Positions 21,151 through 38,910 of a DNA stretch of 64,000 nucleotides are shown here, piece after piece (the stretch's first letter is position 1; every line of letters begins with the position of its first letter). Below the pieces are notes generated by a model that saw only the letters and a list, made by a program, of their open reading frames with translations, was not told the DNA's origin and made no database searches. This DNA comes from the human T2T-CHM13v2.0 reference genome, Homo sapiens, in assembly GCF_009914755.1 (NCBI RefSeq), contig NC_060945.1. The stretch is one strand, 5' to 3'. The position numbers and the translations under genes were made by a program.

Positions 21151-21720
21151 TATGTATTCTGTGCCTATCGCCCTGCCTTTTTTAGTTCCCTTTCAGTGTT
21201 TCACTCAGTTAACGTGAAACCTATCGATAGTGTTAGGTTACACACAGATATGAAAACTGTCATACTGTGAAAGGCCATAAGTATTAACACCCTATAGTAA
21301 ATTTTAATACTGTGTTCCAATGTCAAATAAGCTCATTGCTCTAAACAAGGATTACAAAACCCACTGAAGATTCAGATAAGGTGATTCCACTCAGCGAGTT
21401 GAGAACTGTTTAATTCTGCATCATACTTAAACAAACTCCTTTGCACAGTGAATTTCTTGTTTTCAGTTCACCACCTTTATCTAGAACTCCGTATCTGAGT
21501 AAGAACTTTTAATCTATTCAAAATTTCTCTCCCTTCATTACCTTCTCTCTAATGCATCTCATTAATCCAGAGTGAAGCCAAGCAAGGAGCCCCGTACAAT
21601 CAACACTTGCCATTGTTCTTAACTCTTCAGTATCTACCCTGACATATCACCACTTCGGTGATTCCTTTTAAGCATTTTGAAATGTCTTCATAAACATTTC
21701 AGAAAATCATTCATAGTTTA

Positions 21721-22016
21721 GGCCGTGCACAGTGGCTCACACCTGTAATGCGAGCACTTTGAGAGGCTGAGGTGAGTGGATCATTTGAAGTCAGGAGTTC
21801 AGTACCAGCTTGACCAACATGGTAAAACCCCATCTCCACTAAAAATAGAAAAAAAAAATTAGCTGGGTGTGGTGCCACGTGCCTGTAATCCCAGCTACTC
21901 AGGAGGCTGAAGCAGGGGATTTGCTTGAACTCAGGAAGCAGAGGTTGCAGTGAGCCGAGACCTCACCACTGCACTCTGCCTAGACAACAGAATGAGACTC
22001 CATCTCAAAAAAAAAA
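21721..22016 (+). mobile_element. AluS
   Basis: Full Alu dimer with A-tail. Confidence 0.88.
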
Positions 22017-22130
22017 TTTTTTTTATAGTTTAAACCTCATTTTGCTTTAGAAGAAATTATGACTAGTGTTATCTATAAATATTTAGGTTTAAAAACAATG
22101 AAATAAAAATGATAACAATACAATGCTTAC

Positions 22131-22273
22131 AATATTTCACAAAATCGGCTTGAAAATCCCTTCTGGTATTGAAAAAATTGTGTCCTCTGTCCTTCAGTTC
22201 TGAAGGCAAAGAGATCTGCTTTATACTCTGTGATGCAGGCCACTTTGGCCTTAAACTTGGCCAGTTCTTTAAA
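22131..22273 (-). pseudogene. GTF2IP: GTF2I exon-3-like; 4-bp insertion
   Basis: FKELAKFKAKVACITEYKADLFAFRTE/RGHNFFNTRRDFQADFVKY versus [46 protein letters not shown]. The ag and gtaag splice sites are intact; 143 nt. Confidence 0.92.
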
Positions 22274-22357
22274 CTATAATAATAACAGCAAATATTATGT
22301 TAAAGGCAGACATTTAAAAGCACCATTTCTGCTAGATGAATTAAAAAATCTAACACA

Positions 22358-22692
<335 letters not shown>

Positions 22693-24775
22693 CTAACACC
22701 ATTTTTTAAAGTTACTACTCTTTCTAAATAGATTTTTGCCTGATTTTAAGCAAAAGACACCACAAGATTTATAAGAAAAAAATGCAGAAATCCCTTGTAA
22801 TCTATTACAGGTCAGATTCTCCAAGAAAGAGACTGAGATTTCACAAAGGCTTGCTGGGGAGCACTGTCAATAACAGCACCCAGGAGGTGGGAGGCAGGCC
22901 TGGCTGAACAGGCAAAGTGCTGAACAGGGATGCAGCTGCACCAAGAGCTCAGAAGCCAGTGTGGCCCTCCCCAGGGAAAAGGTGGACAAGGTGACTCGAA
23001 CACTCGCAGCAGCTGGGGAAATTACTGCCATCAGAATTGAAAGAAGGGACTGAAACCCACACTACAGTATTCAGTACATAATCCCCTCCTCCAGAAGTAT
23101 TACCCCATCTACACATAGCCAGAATCACATTTAGGTGATTACTTACTGACTTTCACTAAGAATATTTCTATGAGAGTCAAATTATTTAAAAACATTATAG
23201 AGTACATAGTATTCCATTTTATGGATACACCATAATTCATTTAACATCATTTCAAAGGTCAGTGATTCCAATTTTCCCTCCTAAAAATAACATTACTGTA
23301 ATAACCTGGGAAGCAAATATTTATGTACTTCTTCAATGACTTTCTCAAAAAAGACATGAGAGTCAAGAAAAACCATTAAGAGTCAATACTCCAAATACTC
23401 AAAATCTACTAAAATTTGCTTTCTAATAAGGTTCATAATATCCTAGCAAATGTTACCATGTGACTTTTCCAGAAACCTTGAAAAAGGGTATCTTAGTGTC
23501 ATAAACATACTCCACTGATTGGTGTTAAAATTAAAGAGTATCGTAGCATAATTTTCTGCAAATTACCATTTCTTTTGTCTATTTATCAAATGTGTTAGTG
23601 TACCTCCAACTGACCCATAGAAGTACGTCACTTATTTTAGGCATAGAAAAGCCATTTATGGAATTAAATAATTATATAATAATTACATATATTTTGTTTT
23701 GGTTTTAAAATTTGTCTCAGTATAACTATTTTTGCTCATCTAGAATTTAACTCATCACATGATGAAGACTATACGTTGAAGCTTGTTTTTACCAAAATTT
23801 TTACTTTTTATCAAATAGCCTATTTTCTCAGTATCATTTGTTGAAAACTGTAAGCTTTCCAGTATTTGTTTTTGATTTGTACAATAAACGCCCTCTAATT
23901 TCTTAAATGGAGATCATTTCTGCATAATATTGCTTTAAAATGTTATCCTCAGTAACTAATTTAGCAGCTAGTGAGGTGATCAGAAATCTTTTGAGCCATA
24001 ATAAAGCCATGGTAGAGAACTTCTGAGCTGGAGGTGGGCCAACAACTGCCCCAGCGTGAAGAATGATGAGCCTCGGTAATTTCCTTCCGTTGCACTTACA
24101 TGACATGTGCTGTGGCTACTCTCCTGTAAGGAACTATTATTTACTTACCTTGCGGTAAATGAGGGTACATTCTTGCTTCAGTATCCACACTCTAAAACAA
24201 TCCTGTCAACAAAGGCAATGTTTATGAAAGAGTAAGCAAGATTCATGTACTATCCATAGATTAGATAAAACAAGTCTACCAGCCAAGGAAGAGATAAAGT
24301 CAGCCTGGATCTGCTTAGCACTCTGACAAGCCAGTGAAAAACTCAGCAGTTTCTACAAACTTAATTATACCGTGTAATATACAACTAGGAATAGGAGGAG
24401 AAATGGTCTTACTAATAATGCTGGTGAGGAAGACATAAAGGCTGAGAATAGTGAAATGACTATGCCAAAGATGAGGGAACTGTTAAGAAACTCTAAGGAA
24501 GTGAATGGATCTTACGTGGCCTTATGGTATTCTTTGCAGAGATCAATATTTTAAAAAAATATTTTATTATCAACAGAACAGCATTTCATCTCTAAATTTT
24601 TATTTAACATTAAAGTCACAAATTTTGCCTGGTTTTATGATCACAAGGCAGAAACAAGTCATTCATAAAATAACAATATATAACCACCAACCACTCTAAA
24701 ATTTCTTTAAGGAGATAATTTTATAAAGTTCTTAAAACATTTTTTTAATGCCCTAATAAGAAAACAAAACAGATG

Positions 24776-26250
<1,475 letters not shown>

Positions 26251-26713
26251 AAACATAAACAGCTAACACTAAACAATTTAGAAAGAGGTGGTTAATGCAA
26301 TAGTGAATGTGTAAGCAGAAGAAATATAGATACACAATAGTAAAGATGCCCTAATGACCCCAAATTCTGGGAATCTTCTACATATTGATACAATAAAACT
26401 CCAGCCCCATACTCTAGTATACAAACTCATTCTGAGTAACCACAAATATTATACATAATTTCAAAATTCACACTTACAAAACAAAGGATTGCCTAAAATA
26501 ATGGTAGAAAATTATTTGAGATTCAAAGTAAAAATTAAACATTCTGAAGCATGGTAATAAAATGTCATTTGAAAGCCATAACTGCTATTCAAGAAAAAAA
26601 AACTACTCCTTAAAACTAAAAAGACATAAAATTATATCTTCTACAAAAACAAATCAACCTTATCTACAGCCCAGTTCTACCCAACTATGGAATGTCAGAA
26701 TAGAAGGTCTCAC

Positions 26714-26811
26714 CATGGACTCAAGAGCTGACATGAGGAATGTCACTACCATCCTGCTGAGGACTCCTCATCTTCAACGGCCAGGGTGGACACTGTTACT
26801 GGGGCCATGAT
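26714..26811 (-). pseudogene. GTF2IP: GTF2I exon-2-like (first coding exon), copy A; 4-bp deletion
   Basis: ATG at 26808 reads [31 protein letters not shown] versus GTF2[34 protein letters not shown]. 95 coding nt instead of 99. The gtgag donor is intact; the shifted frame hits TAG. Confidence 0.92.
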
Positions 26812-28509
26812 CTTTGTGCAAGACAAGTAATAAGAAAATCAGTGGTAGAAATGTGGTGTTCCAAATCCACATTCAGAGCTCTGAGGATCTCCCACTGGCT
26901 GCCTAATTTACTGTTTTCTTACCTAAGAGAAAAAACAAGACTAAAAAACTAAGTATATGATTTGCCTGAAACTCTCATCAGATAGAGAATCTACCCCCTA
27001 ACTTCCTATCTAGTGTTATTTCAATAACATTGGGTTAATATCACACCCAAAATAAATGCAGATGGCACTCAGAATCAGTGAAATTTCTCCCAAGAAGGAG
27101 GAGGAGGAGAGGTGCTTTACAACCCAGTGATGGACTACCACAGACCAATGCAGGACAGAGCCGCCAAGCTCCCTCTCTCCCCTGCACATCCTGACGCAGC
27201 AAAGGGTGGGTGCAGTGGACTGAGGATGGGTGGAGAGAAGTTTCTCTTCTTACTGTGAAAATAGATCACCGGCACCAAGAAACAAGTAAGATGATTTATA
27301 TTACAGCATATTGCTCTATTTGAAAAACTTTTTATAATATTTTGGTAATAACAAAGACCCTCAAATGAATTTCAAACACTTTAAATATTCAACACATAAA
27401 CAGAAAATATTAAATGTCAGCAAGGATATCGAAAAACTGGACCCTTTATGCACTACTTTTTGGAATGTAACTGGTGCAGCCCCTGTGGAAAATGGTTTGG
27501 CAGCTCCTTAAAATATTAAGCATAGAATTATCACATAATCCAACAACTCCCTTTCAGGGTATATACCCAAAAGAACTGAGAGCAAGGACTCAAACAGGTA
27601 TTTGTACACTATGTTCATAGCAACATTATTCACAATGGCCAAAAGGTACAACCAACCCTAATGCCCATCAGTAGGTAAATAGATAAGCAAAATGTGATAT
27701 ACACACATACATGAAATATTATTCAGCTGTATAAAGAAAAAACAATTCTGGCCAGGTTCAGTGACTTACCCCTGTAATCTCAGCACTTTGGGAGGCCGAG
27801 GCAGGCAGATCACCTGAGCCCAGGAATTCCAGATCAGCCTGGGCAAAATAGCAAGACCTCATCTCTGTAAGTTTTTTTTAAAAAAATTCTGATACTGCTA
27901 TAGATGAACCTTGATAGCACTACGCAATCTATGCATGTAACAAAATTGCACTTACACTCCACAAATGTATGTAAAGTTGTTTTAAAATGGGGAATTCATC
28001 AAGGAAGAAATGTGAACCACGGAGAACAGAGAGGAGTGAGACAGAAAAGCCACCCACCCAGAACTGGTGTGGATCCCAGGGGGGTTTCCCCACGGCAGGA
28101 AAATAGTGAGCAAGAGCCACTGGTGACTCACCCTTCTGCCATCGACTTTTAAAATCCTGGGCACAGAAAATCCCCCGACACCCTCCCCTCAGGGCTCCCC
28201 AGCTGACACAGAGAGCTGCATGGAGTCTGGGCAGAGCCTCCAGTCAGGCCCACATGGAACCCTAAGGGCCTTGGACCCCTGAGCACCACAGTGCCAGCTG
28301 CTATAGCTCTGCCACCAGAAGAGGCCAGACTCTCTCACATGCCCCCAGGATAGGGGCCATATCTACAGTGCTGAGGAGGAGACAGACTCACCTCCTGTCT
28401 CTACTCTACCTCCTGTAGCGGCCTCACCTCCACTACACCTCTCCTGGTAGTGCCCACTGGCCTGGGTCCCAGTGCAGCCACTTACCCTCTGCCTGAGCAC
28501 TCAGGCTAA

Positions 28510-29470
28510 TTGCAACTCTGCAGACTGACCTCCCAGAGGTAACTATCAGGCCTACTGTTTTTGGAACTGCCATGGTCCCTGCCTCTACCTCTCCTAGGCT
28601 AGGGAGGGACTGAAGAGCCCAAGAACTATCATAGGCTTCTTAGCACACCACAGCTACCTTACAGAAAGTGGGCAAACTGTATCCACGTGGGTCCCCCTCC
28701 CTGCTATGCCTCACTGGGTAGGGTCTCCTGATCTGGGCCCCCAGCACAGCCATCCTGCACCCCCACCCTGAAGGATTGCTCATTCAATGGCATCTCTGCA
28801 TCTCTCTGAGATGGAGCTTTCAGGGGTAACCCACGGGCTCTCTGCCATTGCCACTGTAGCAGTACCACCACTGCTGCCCTTGGCCTGGGGAAAGAATAAA
28901 GACCCTGATTGCTTTGCCAGCTCCTCCAGTGTGCCACAGCCACCAGATGGAGAGAAGCCCAGTTTCTCTTCTCTGTGAGCTTCCGGCAACCTGCTCTTCA
29001 CCAGAAGGAGGCCCAGGTTTAATCCCACAGTTCAGCCACCTCACCCTTGGCTGAACATTCTCATTGGCAGTGGCTCTGCGTCTCTCTGGGGTGGAGTTCC
29101 CAGAGGCAACTGAGAGCCCTTTTGCCATTACTGCTGCAGTGATACTGCCCTTGCTGCCCTCAGGCTGGGGAAGAAACAAAGTGCCTGAGTGCTTTGCTCA
29201 CACTTCCAGCAGGCCACAGCCACCATATGGGGGGAAGCCCAGTCTCTCTTCCCTGTTGGCCCCAAATCCCCTGCTCTTCTCTAGGCAGGGGTCCCAGCTT
29301 GGGCCCACAATCCAGCTTCTCCATTTCTGACTGATCATTCTGATTGGCAGAGCTCTGCACATCTCTGATGTGGTACCCCAAGAGACAACTGAAAGGCTTT
29401 CTGCCATTGCCATTGCCAAGGTCCCCAACCCTGCTGCTCCCAAGCTGGGGAGAAAATGAAAAGCCTGAGT
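28510..29470 (+). repeat. ~280-bp tandem monomers (about 3.5 copies) in the L1 5'UTR
   Basis: tggca..ctctgc..tctctg..ccatt..ctgctgcc..ctgggga recurs at ~28788, 29065 and 29345; ORFs 28787, 29064 and 29344 begin with paralogous peptides. Confidence 0.8.
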
Positions 29471-31486
29471 TCACCCCAGAGCTATGGTGCACAGGGCTAT
29501 GGGATGGGAGTGCCAAGCCAAGACCTATGGCTAGTACTCAAGTGGAGGACCAGCATAAAATCACTGAAATGACAGACAGAGAATTCAGAACCTGGATGCC
29601 AATGAAGATCTTCAAGATTCAGGAGAAAGTTGAAACCCATTTCAAGGAATCTAAAAAATTCAGCAAAACTATTCAAGAGATGAGAGATGAAATAGCCTTC
29701 TTAAGAAGGAACAAAACTGATCTGATAAAGCTGAAAAACTCACAAAAAGAATTTTGTAATACAATCAGAAATATTAACACCAGACAAGACCAAGCTGAGG
29801 GAAGAATCTCAGAGCTCAAAGACCAGTTCTTTGAATTAATTCAGTCAGACAAAAATAACTGAAAAAGATTGTTTTTCATGAACAAAACCTTTGAGAAATA
29901 TGGGATTATGTGAAGACGCCAAATCTACAACTCATTGGCATCTCTAAGGGAAAGGAAGACAGAACGAGTAACCTGGAAAACATTTTTTAGGATACTGTCC
30001 GTAAGAATTTTCTTAACTTTCCTAGAGAGGTTAAAATTCAAATTCAGAAAATTCAGGGGACCCCTGGGAGATAGTACACAAGATAACCATCCCCAAGACA
30101 TGTAGTCATCAGATTCTCCAAGGTCTGTGTGAAAGAAAAAATATTAAAGGTAGCTGGAGACAAGGTGCAGGTCACTTATAAAGGGAACTCCATTAGGCTA
30201 TCTGCAGACCTTCCAGCAGAAACTGTACAAGACAAAAGCAACTGGGGGGCCTATATTCAGCATTCTCAAAGAAAACAAACTCCAACCAAGAATCTAATCA
30301 CACCAAACTAAAACTTCATAAACAAAAGATAAAACATATCCTTTCAGACAAGCAAATGCTAAGGGAATTCATTACCACCAAACCTGCCTTAAAAGAGATT
30401 CTTAAGGGTATGTTAAACATGGAAAAGAAAGACTATTACTGGCCACCACAAAAAACACACTGAAGTATATGGGCTATTTATACTATCATGTAAATACACA
30501 ATCAAGTTTACATAACAAACAGCTAACAACACAATGTCAGGATCAAATCTGCACATATCAATATTAACCTCAAAAAAGAATGTGCTGAATACCCCACTGA
30601 AAAGGCGCAGAGTGACAAGTTAAATAAAGAAGCAAGACCCAACTGCATGCTGTCTTCAAGAGACCGATCTCACATGCAAGGACATCCAGAGGCTCAAAGA
30701 AAACAGATGGAGAAAGACCTACCAAGCAAACAGAAAACAAAAAAGAGCAGAAGTTACTATTCTTTTTTCAGACAAAACAGACTTTAAATTAACAATGACC
30801 AAAAAAGACAAAGAAGGGCATTTCATGATAATCGGTTCAATTCAGTAAGAAGACTTAACTATCCTAAATGTTAATTATATGCACCCAACACTGGAGCACC
30901 CAGATTCATAAATCAAGTTCCTAGAGTCTTATGAAGAGACTTAGATAACCACACAATAATACTGGGAGACTTTAAAACCCCACTGAAAGTACTGGACAGA
31001 TAACCAAGGCAGAATATATTTAGGACCTAAACTTGACACTTAACCAAATGGACCTAACAGTCATCTACAGAACACTCAAGCCAGCAAAACCAGAATGTAC
31101 ATTCTTCTCACCTGCACATGACACATACTCTACAACTGACCACCACACACTTGGCCATAAGGCAACTCACAACATATTCTAAAGAATCAAAATCATACCA
31201 ACCACACTATTTATTGGACCACAGTGCAATAAAAATAGGTATCAATACCAAGAAGATCTCTCAAAACCATACAATTTAATAAAAAATTAAATAAGCAGCT
31301 GCTGGTGACTTTTGGGTAAAGAATAAAATTAAGGCTGGAATCAATAAATTATGTGAAACTAACAGAAACAAAGATGCAACATACCTATATCACTGAGAAA
31401 CTGTTTAAAAAAAGTGTTAAAGGGAAAGTTTGTAGCACTAAACACCCACATAAAAAAGTTAGAAAGACACCAAATTGAGAACCTAA

Positions 31487-31621
<135 letters not shown>

Positions 31622-32368
31622 TAGCTGAGACTACAGGTGTGTGCCACCATGCCCAGCTAATTATTTTCTTTGTAGTAGAGACGGGGTTTCACCATATTGG
31701 TCAGGCTAGTCTCAAACTCCTGATCTCAGGTGATCCAACCACCTCGGCCTCTCAAAGTGCGGGGATTACAGGCATGAGCCACTGTGCCAGGTGATATCTA
31801 GAGGAAACAGAAATGTAACAGCAAATCAATCCCAAAGCTAGAAGACAAGAAATATCAAAGCTGAACTGAATGAAACAGAGATCAAAAAAAAAAACACTGT
31901 ACAAAAATCCAGTGAAACTTATTTCTGAAAGAATAAATAAGATTGATAGACTGCTAGCTAAAGAAAAAAAGATGATCTACCTAAACATGATAAAAAGTGA
32001 CAAAGGAAATATTATCACTGATGCCACAGAAATACATGAAACCATCAGAGACTGTTATGAACACCTTTATGCACACAAACTAGAAAACACAGAAGAAATG
32101 GATAAATACCTGGAAACATATAAACTCCCAAGACTGAATCAGGAAGAAATTAAAATCCTGAACAGACCAATACTGACTTCTGAAACTGAATCAATAATAA
32201 GAAGCTTACCAGAAAACTCTGGACCAGATGGATTCACAGCCAAATTCTACCACACATATAAAGAAGAGCTGGTACCAGTTTTACTGAAACTATTCCAAAA
32301 AAAGGAGGAGGAAAGACATCTTCCTAACTCATTCTATGAGGCCAGCATCATTCTGAAACCAAAACCTA

Positions 32369-32684
<316 letters not shown>

Positions 32685-32699
32685 TCAAAAAAAAAAAAA

Positions 32700-33012
32700 T
32701 ATATATATATATTTATATATTATATATATAACATATATTATATATAATGCATATATTATATATAATGTATATATTATATATAATGCATATATAATATATA
32801 TAATTTATATATTATATATAATTTATATATTATATATAATTTATACATAATATATAAATTATATATAATTATAAATTATATATAATTTAAATATATATTA
32901 TTTTCATTTATATAAATATAATATATATTTACATAAACATATATTTATATAAATATATTTATGTATTTATGTAAAGATAAACATAAATATTTACATGTAA
33001 ATATAAATATAT
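32700..33012. repeat. AT-rich (TA)n low-complexity expansion from an Alu tail
   Basis: About 310 bp of almost pure A/T. Confidence 0.95.
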
Positions 33013-33960
33013 TTACCAAACTGAATCCAGCATCACATCAGAAAACCTAATCCAACATGATCAGGTAGGCTTTATTCCTGGGATGCATGGTTAAACACCC
33101 TAAAAAACTAGGCATCAAAGGTACATACCTCAAGATAATAACAGCCATCTATAACAAACCCACAGTCAAGATCATACTGAAAGGGCAAAAGCTTGAAACA
33201 TTCCTTTTGAGAACCAGAACAAAACAAGGATACCCACGCTCACTATTCCCATTAAATAAAATACTGGAAGTCCCAGCCAAAGCAATCAGGCAGTGGAAAT
33301 AAATAAAAGGCATCCAAATTGGAAGAGTGGAAGTCAAATGATTTCATTTCACAAATGATATAATTCTATACTTAGAAAAGCCCACAGTCTCTGCCCAAAG
33401 GCTCCTAGATCTGAAAAAAAACTTCAGTAAAGTTTCAGCATACAAAATAAATGTATGGAAATCAGTAACATTTCTGTACACCAATAACATCCAACTGAAA
33501 ATAAAATTATATTCACAATAGCCACCAAAAGAATAAAACACCTGGAAACACAGCTAACCAGGAAGGCAAATGTTCTCTACAATGAGAATTATGAACCATT
33601 GTTAAAAAAAAATTAGAGATGACAAAAACAAACAGAAAAACATTCCTCGCTCATGGATAGGAAGAATCAATATTGCTAAAATGGCCCTGCTACTGAAATA
33701 AATTTACTTTTGAATTCAATGTTATTCCTATTAAACTACCAACAACATTTTTTGCAGAATTTTTTAAAAATGAAAAAACTTATTTGAAACAAAAAAAGAG
33801 CCTGAATACTCAAAGCTATTCTATGCAAAGGAACAAAGCTAGACTCATCATACTACCCAACTTCAAACTACACTACAATACTACAATACCTAAAAGAGCA
33901 TGGATACTGGTACAAAATAGACACATAGACCAAAGGAACAGGCTAGAGAACCCAGAAATA

Positions 33961-35080
33961 ATTACCATTCAGGACACAGGCATGGGCAAGGACTTCATGT
34001 CTAAAACACCAAAAGCAATGGCAACCAAAGACAAAATTGACAAATGGGATCTAACTAAACTAAAGAGCCTCTGCACAGCAAAGGAAACTACCATCACAGT
34101 GAACAGGCAACCTACAAAATGGGAGAAAATTTTTGCAACCTACTCATCTGACAAACGGCTAATATACAGACTCTACAATGAACTCAAACAAATTTACAAG
34201 AAAAAAACAAACAACCCCATCAGAAAGTGGGCAAAGGACATGAACAGACACTTCTCAAAAGAAGACATTTATGCAGCCAAAAAACACATGAAAAAATGCT
34301 CAACATCACTGGCCATCAGAGAAATGCAAATCAAAACCACAATGAGATACCATCTCACACCAGTTAGAATGGCAATCATTAAAAAGTCAGGAAACAACAG
34401 GTGCTGGAGAGGATGTGGAGAAATAGGAACACTTTTACACTGTTGGTGGGACTGTAAACTAGTTCAACCATTGTGGAAGTCAGTGTGGCGATTCCTCAGG
34501 GATCTAGAACTAGAAATACCATTTGACCCAGCCATCCCATTACTGGGTATATACCCAAAGGACTATAAATCATGCTGCTATAAAGACACATGCACATGTA
34601 TGTTTACTGTGGCACTATTCACAATAGCAAAGACTTGGAAGCAACCCAAATGTCCAACAATGATAGACTGGATTAAGAAAATGTGGCACATATACACCAT
34701 GGAATACTATGCAGCCATAAAAAATGATGAGTTCATGTCCTTTGTAGGCACAGGGATGAAATTGGAAATCATCATTCTCAGTAAACTATCGCAAGAACAA
34801 AAAACCAAACACTGCATATGCTCACTCATAGGTGGGAATTGAACAATGGGAACACATGGACACAGAAAGGGGAACATCACACTCTGGGGTCTGTTGTGGG
34901 TTGGGGGGAGGGGGGAGGGATAGCATTGGGAGATATACCTAATGCTAGATGACGAATTGGTGGGTGCAGCGCACCAGCATGGCACATGTATACATATGTA
35001 ACTAACCTGCACAATGTGCACATGTACCCTAAAACTTAAAGTATAATAATAAATAAATAAGTAAATAAATAAATAAAAAT
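33961..35080 (+). mobile_element. Young 5'-truncated L1PA (L1PA2-like) nested in the old L1 ORF2
   Basis: Intact ORF2 C-terminus (..SLIGGN*), 3'UTR gctagatgacga..gcagcgcaccagc, (AAAT)n tail. The old L1 resumes at aaagccacac. Confidence 0.92.
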
Positions 35081-35268
35081 AAAGCCACACATCTAAAACC
35101 ATCTGATTTTTTCACAAAGCCAAGAATAACATACAATAAGGAAAGGACTCCCCCTCAGGCACGGTGGCTCATGCCTGGAATCCCACCACTTTCGGAGGCC
35201 AAGGCGGGTGGATCACCTGAGGTCAGGAGTTTGAGACCAGCCTGGCCAATATGGTAAAACCCCATCTA

Positions 35269-35474
<206 letters not shown>

Positions 35475-37209
35475 TCAATAAATAGTGCTGGGATAACTGG
35501 CTAGTCATATGCAGAAGATTGAAGCTGGACCACTTCATTTATACCATAAACAAAAATTAACTCAAGATGGATTAAAGACTTAATATAAAACCTAAAAGTG
35601 TAAGAACCCTAGAAGAAAACCTAGGAAATACCATGCTGTACATTGGCCCTGGCAAAGACTTCAAGACTCTAAAAGCAACTGAAACACAAGAAGTTGACAA
35701 ATGATACCGGATTAAGCTAAAGAGCTTCAGCACAGCAAGAGACACTATCAACAGAGTAAACACACAATCAACAGAATGAGAAAAAAAAAACTTGCAAACT
35801 ATGTTTTTCATCAAAGGTTTAATATGTAGAATCTATTTAAAAAATTGTAATTCACCAAGCAAAAAACAAACCTTATTAAAAATGAAAAAAGAACATGAAC
35901 ATACACTTCTCAAAAGAAGACAGACATGCATCCAACAAGCATATTAAAATGCTCAATGTCACTAATCATTAGAAAAATGCAAATCAAAACCACCGGATAC
36001 CATCTCACATCAGTCACAGTAGCCATATTAAAAAGGCAAAGAATAATAGATGCTGGTGGGTAGTGAAGAGAAAGCTTATACACTGCTAGATGGAATGTAA
36101 ATTTTTCCAGCCACTTAGAAAGTACTCTGGAGACTTCTCGGAGAATTTAAAACCAAACTACCATTTGACCCACCAATTCCATTATTTGGTGCATACCCCA
36201 AAACAGAAATCATTCAACTGTAAAGACACATGCATGCTTATGTTCATCACAGTACTATTACAATACTATTTACAATCATACTAAGTACTAGTACTATTGT
36301 ACTAGTACACGGTACTATTTACAATAGCAAAGACATGGAATCATCTGATGTCCTTTAATAAATAAATGGATTTTACAAATGTGTGTGCGGGTGTGTACAA
36401 AATGTAATATATTACACAATGTAATATAGATATATACTACACAATAATGTAAATACACAATCGTATTTCATTGTATATATATATCATTATATATATATAC
36501 ACACACACACACAATGAAATAGTATTCAGCCATAAAAAGATAAAATTCCTTTCTTTGCAGCAACAGGGATGAACCTGGAGGACACCGTGTTAAGTAAAAT
36601 AAGCCAGGCATAAAAAAAAATACTGCACATTCTCACTAATATATACAATCTAATAAAGTTGATCTCATAGGAGTAGAGAGTAGAATGGTGGTTACTAGAA
36701 GCTAGGGTGTGCAACAGAGTGCAAAATGAGGAGAAAATGGTCAATTGGCAATAAGTTACAGTTAACAGGAGGAATATATTCTAGTGCACAGTAGGGTGAC
36801 TATGGTGAACAATTTTGTATTGAATATTTCAAATGGCTAGAAAAGAGAGTTTTGAATGTTCTCACCACAAAGAAATAATAAATCAGATGTTGGATATGCT
36901 AAATCCCCTAATTTGATTATTACATATATAAACACGTATCTAAAGCTCACATTGTACCCCATCTATATGTAAAATTATTATATCAATTAAAAACAAAATT
37001 AAAGGCAAGGTGTGGTGGCTCATGCCTGTACAAATCCCAGCACTTTGGGAGGCTGAGGTGGGCTGATCACCTGAGGTCAGGAGTTCGATAACAGTCTTAC
37101 CAACATGGTGAAACCCCGTCTCTACTAAAAATACAAAAATTAGCTGAGCATGGTGGCGGGTGCCTGCAATCCCAGTTACCAAGGAGGCTGAGGCATAAGA
37201 ATTGCTTGA

Positions 37210-38910
<1,701 letters not shown>

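Noticed and set aside
28510-29470. CRISPR-like or satellite array
   Set aside because: These are long diverged monomers without unique spacers, in eukaryotic L1 5'UTR context.
36250-36325. Cluster of short agtact/actagt palindromes
   Set aside because: A low-complexity slippage expansion within the old L1 3' region.
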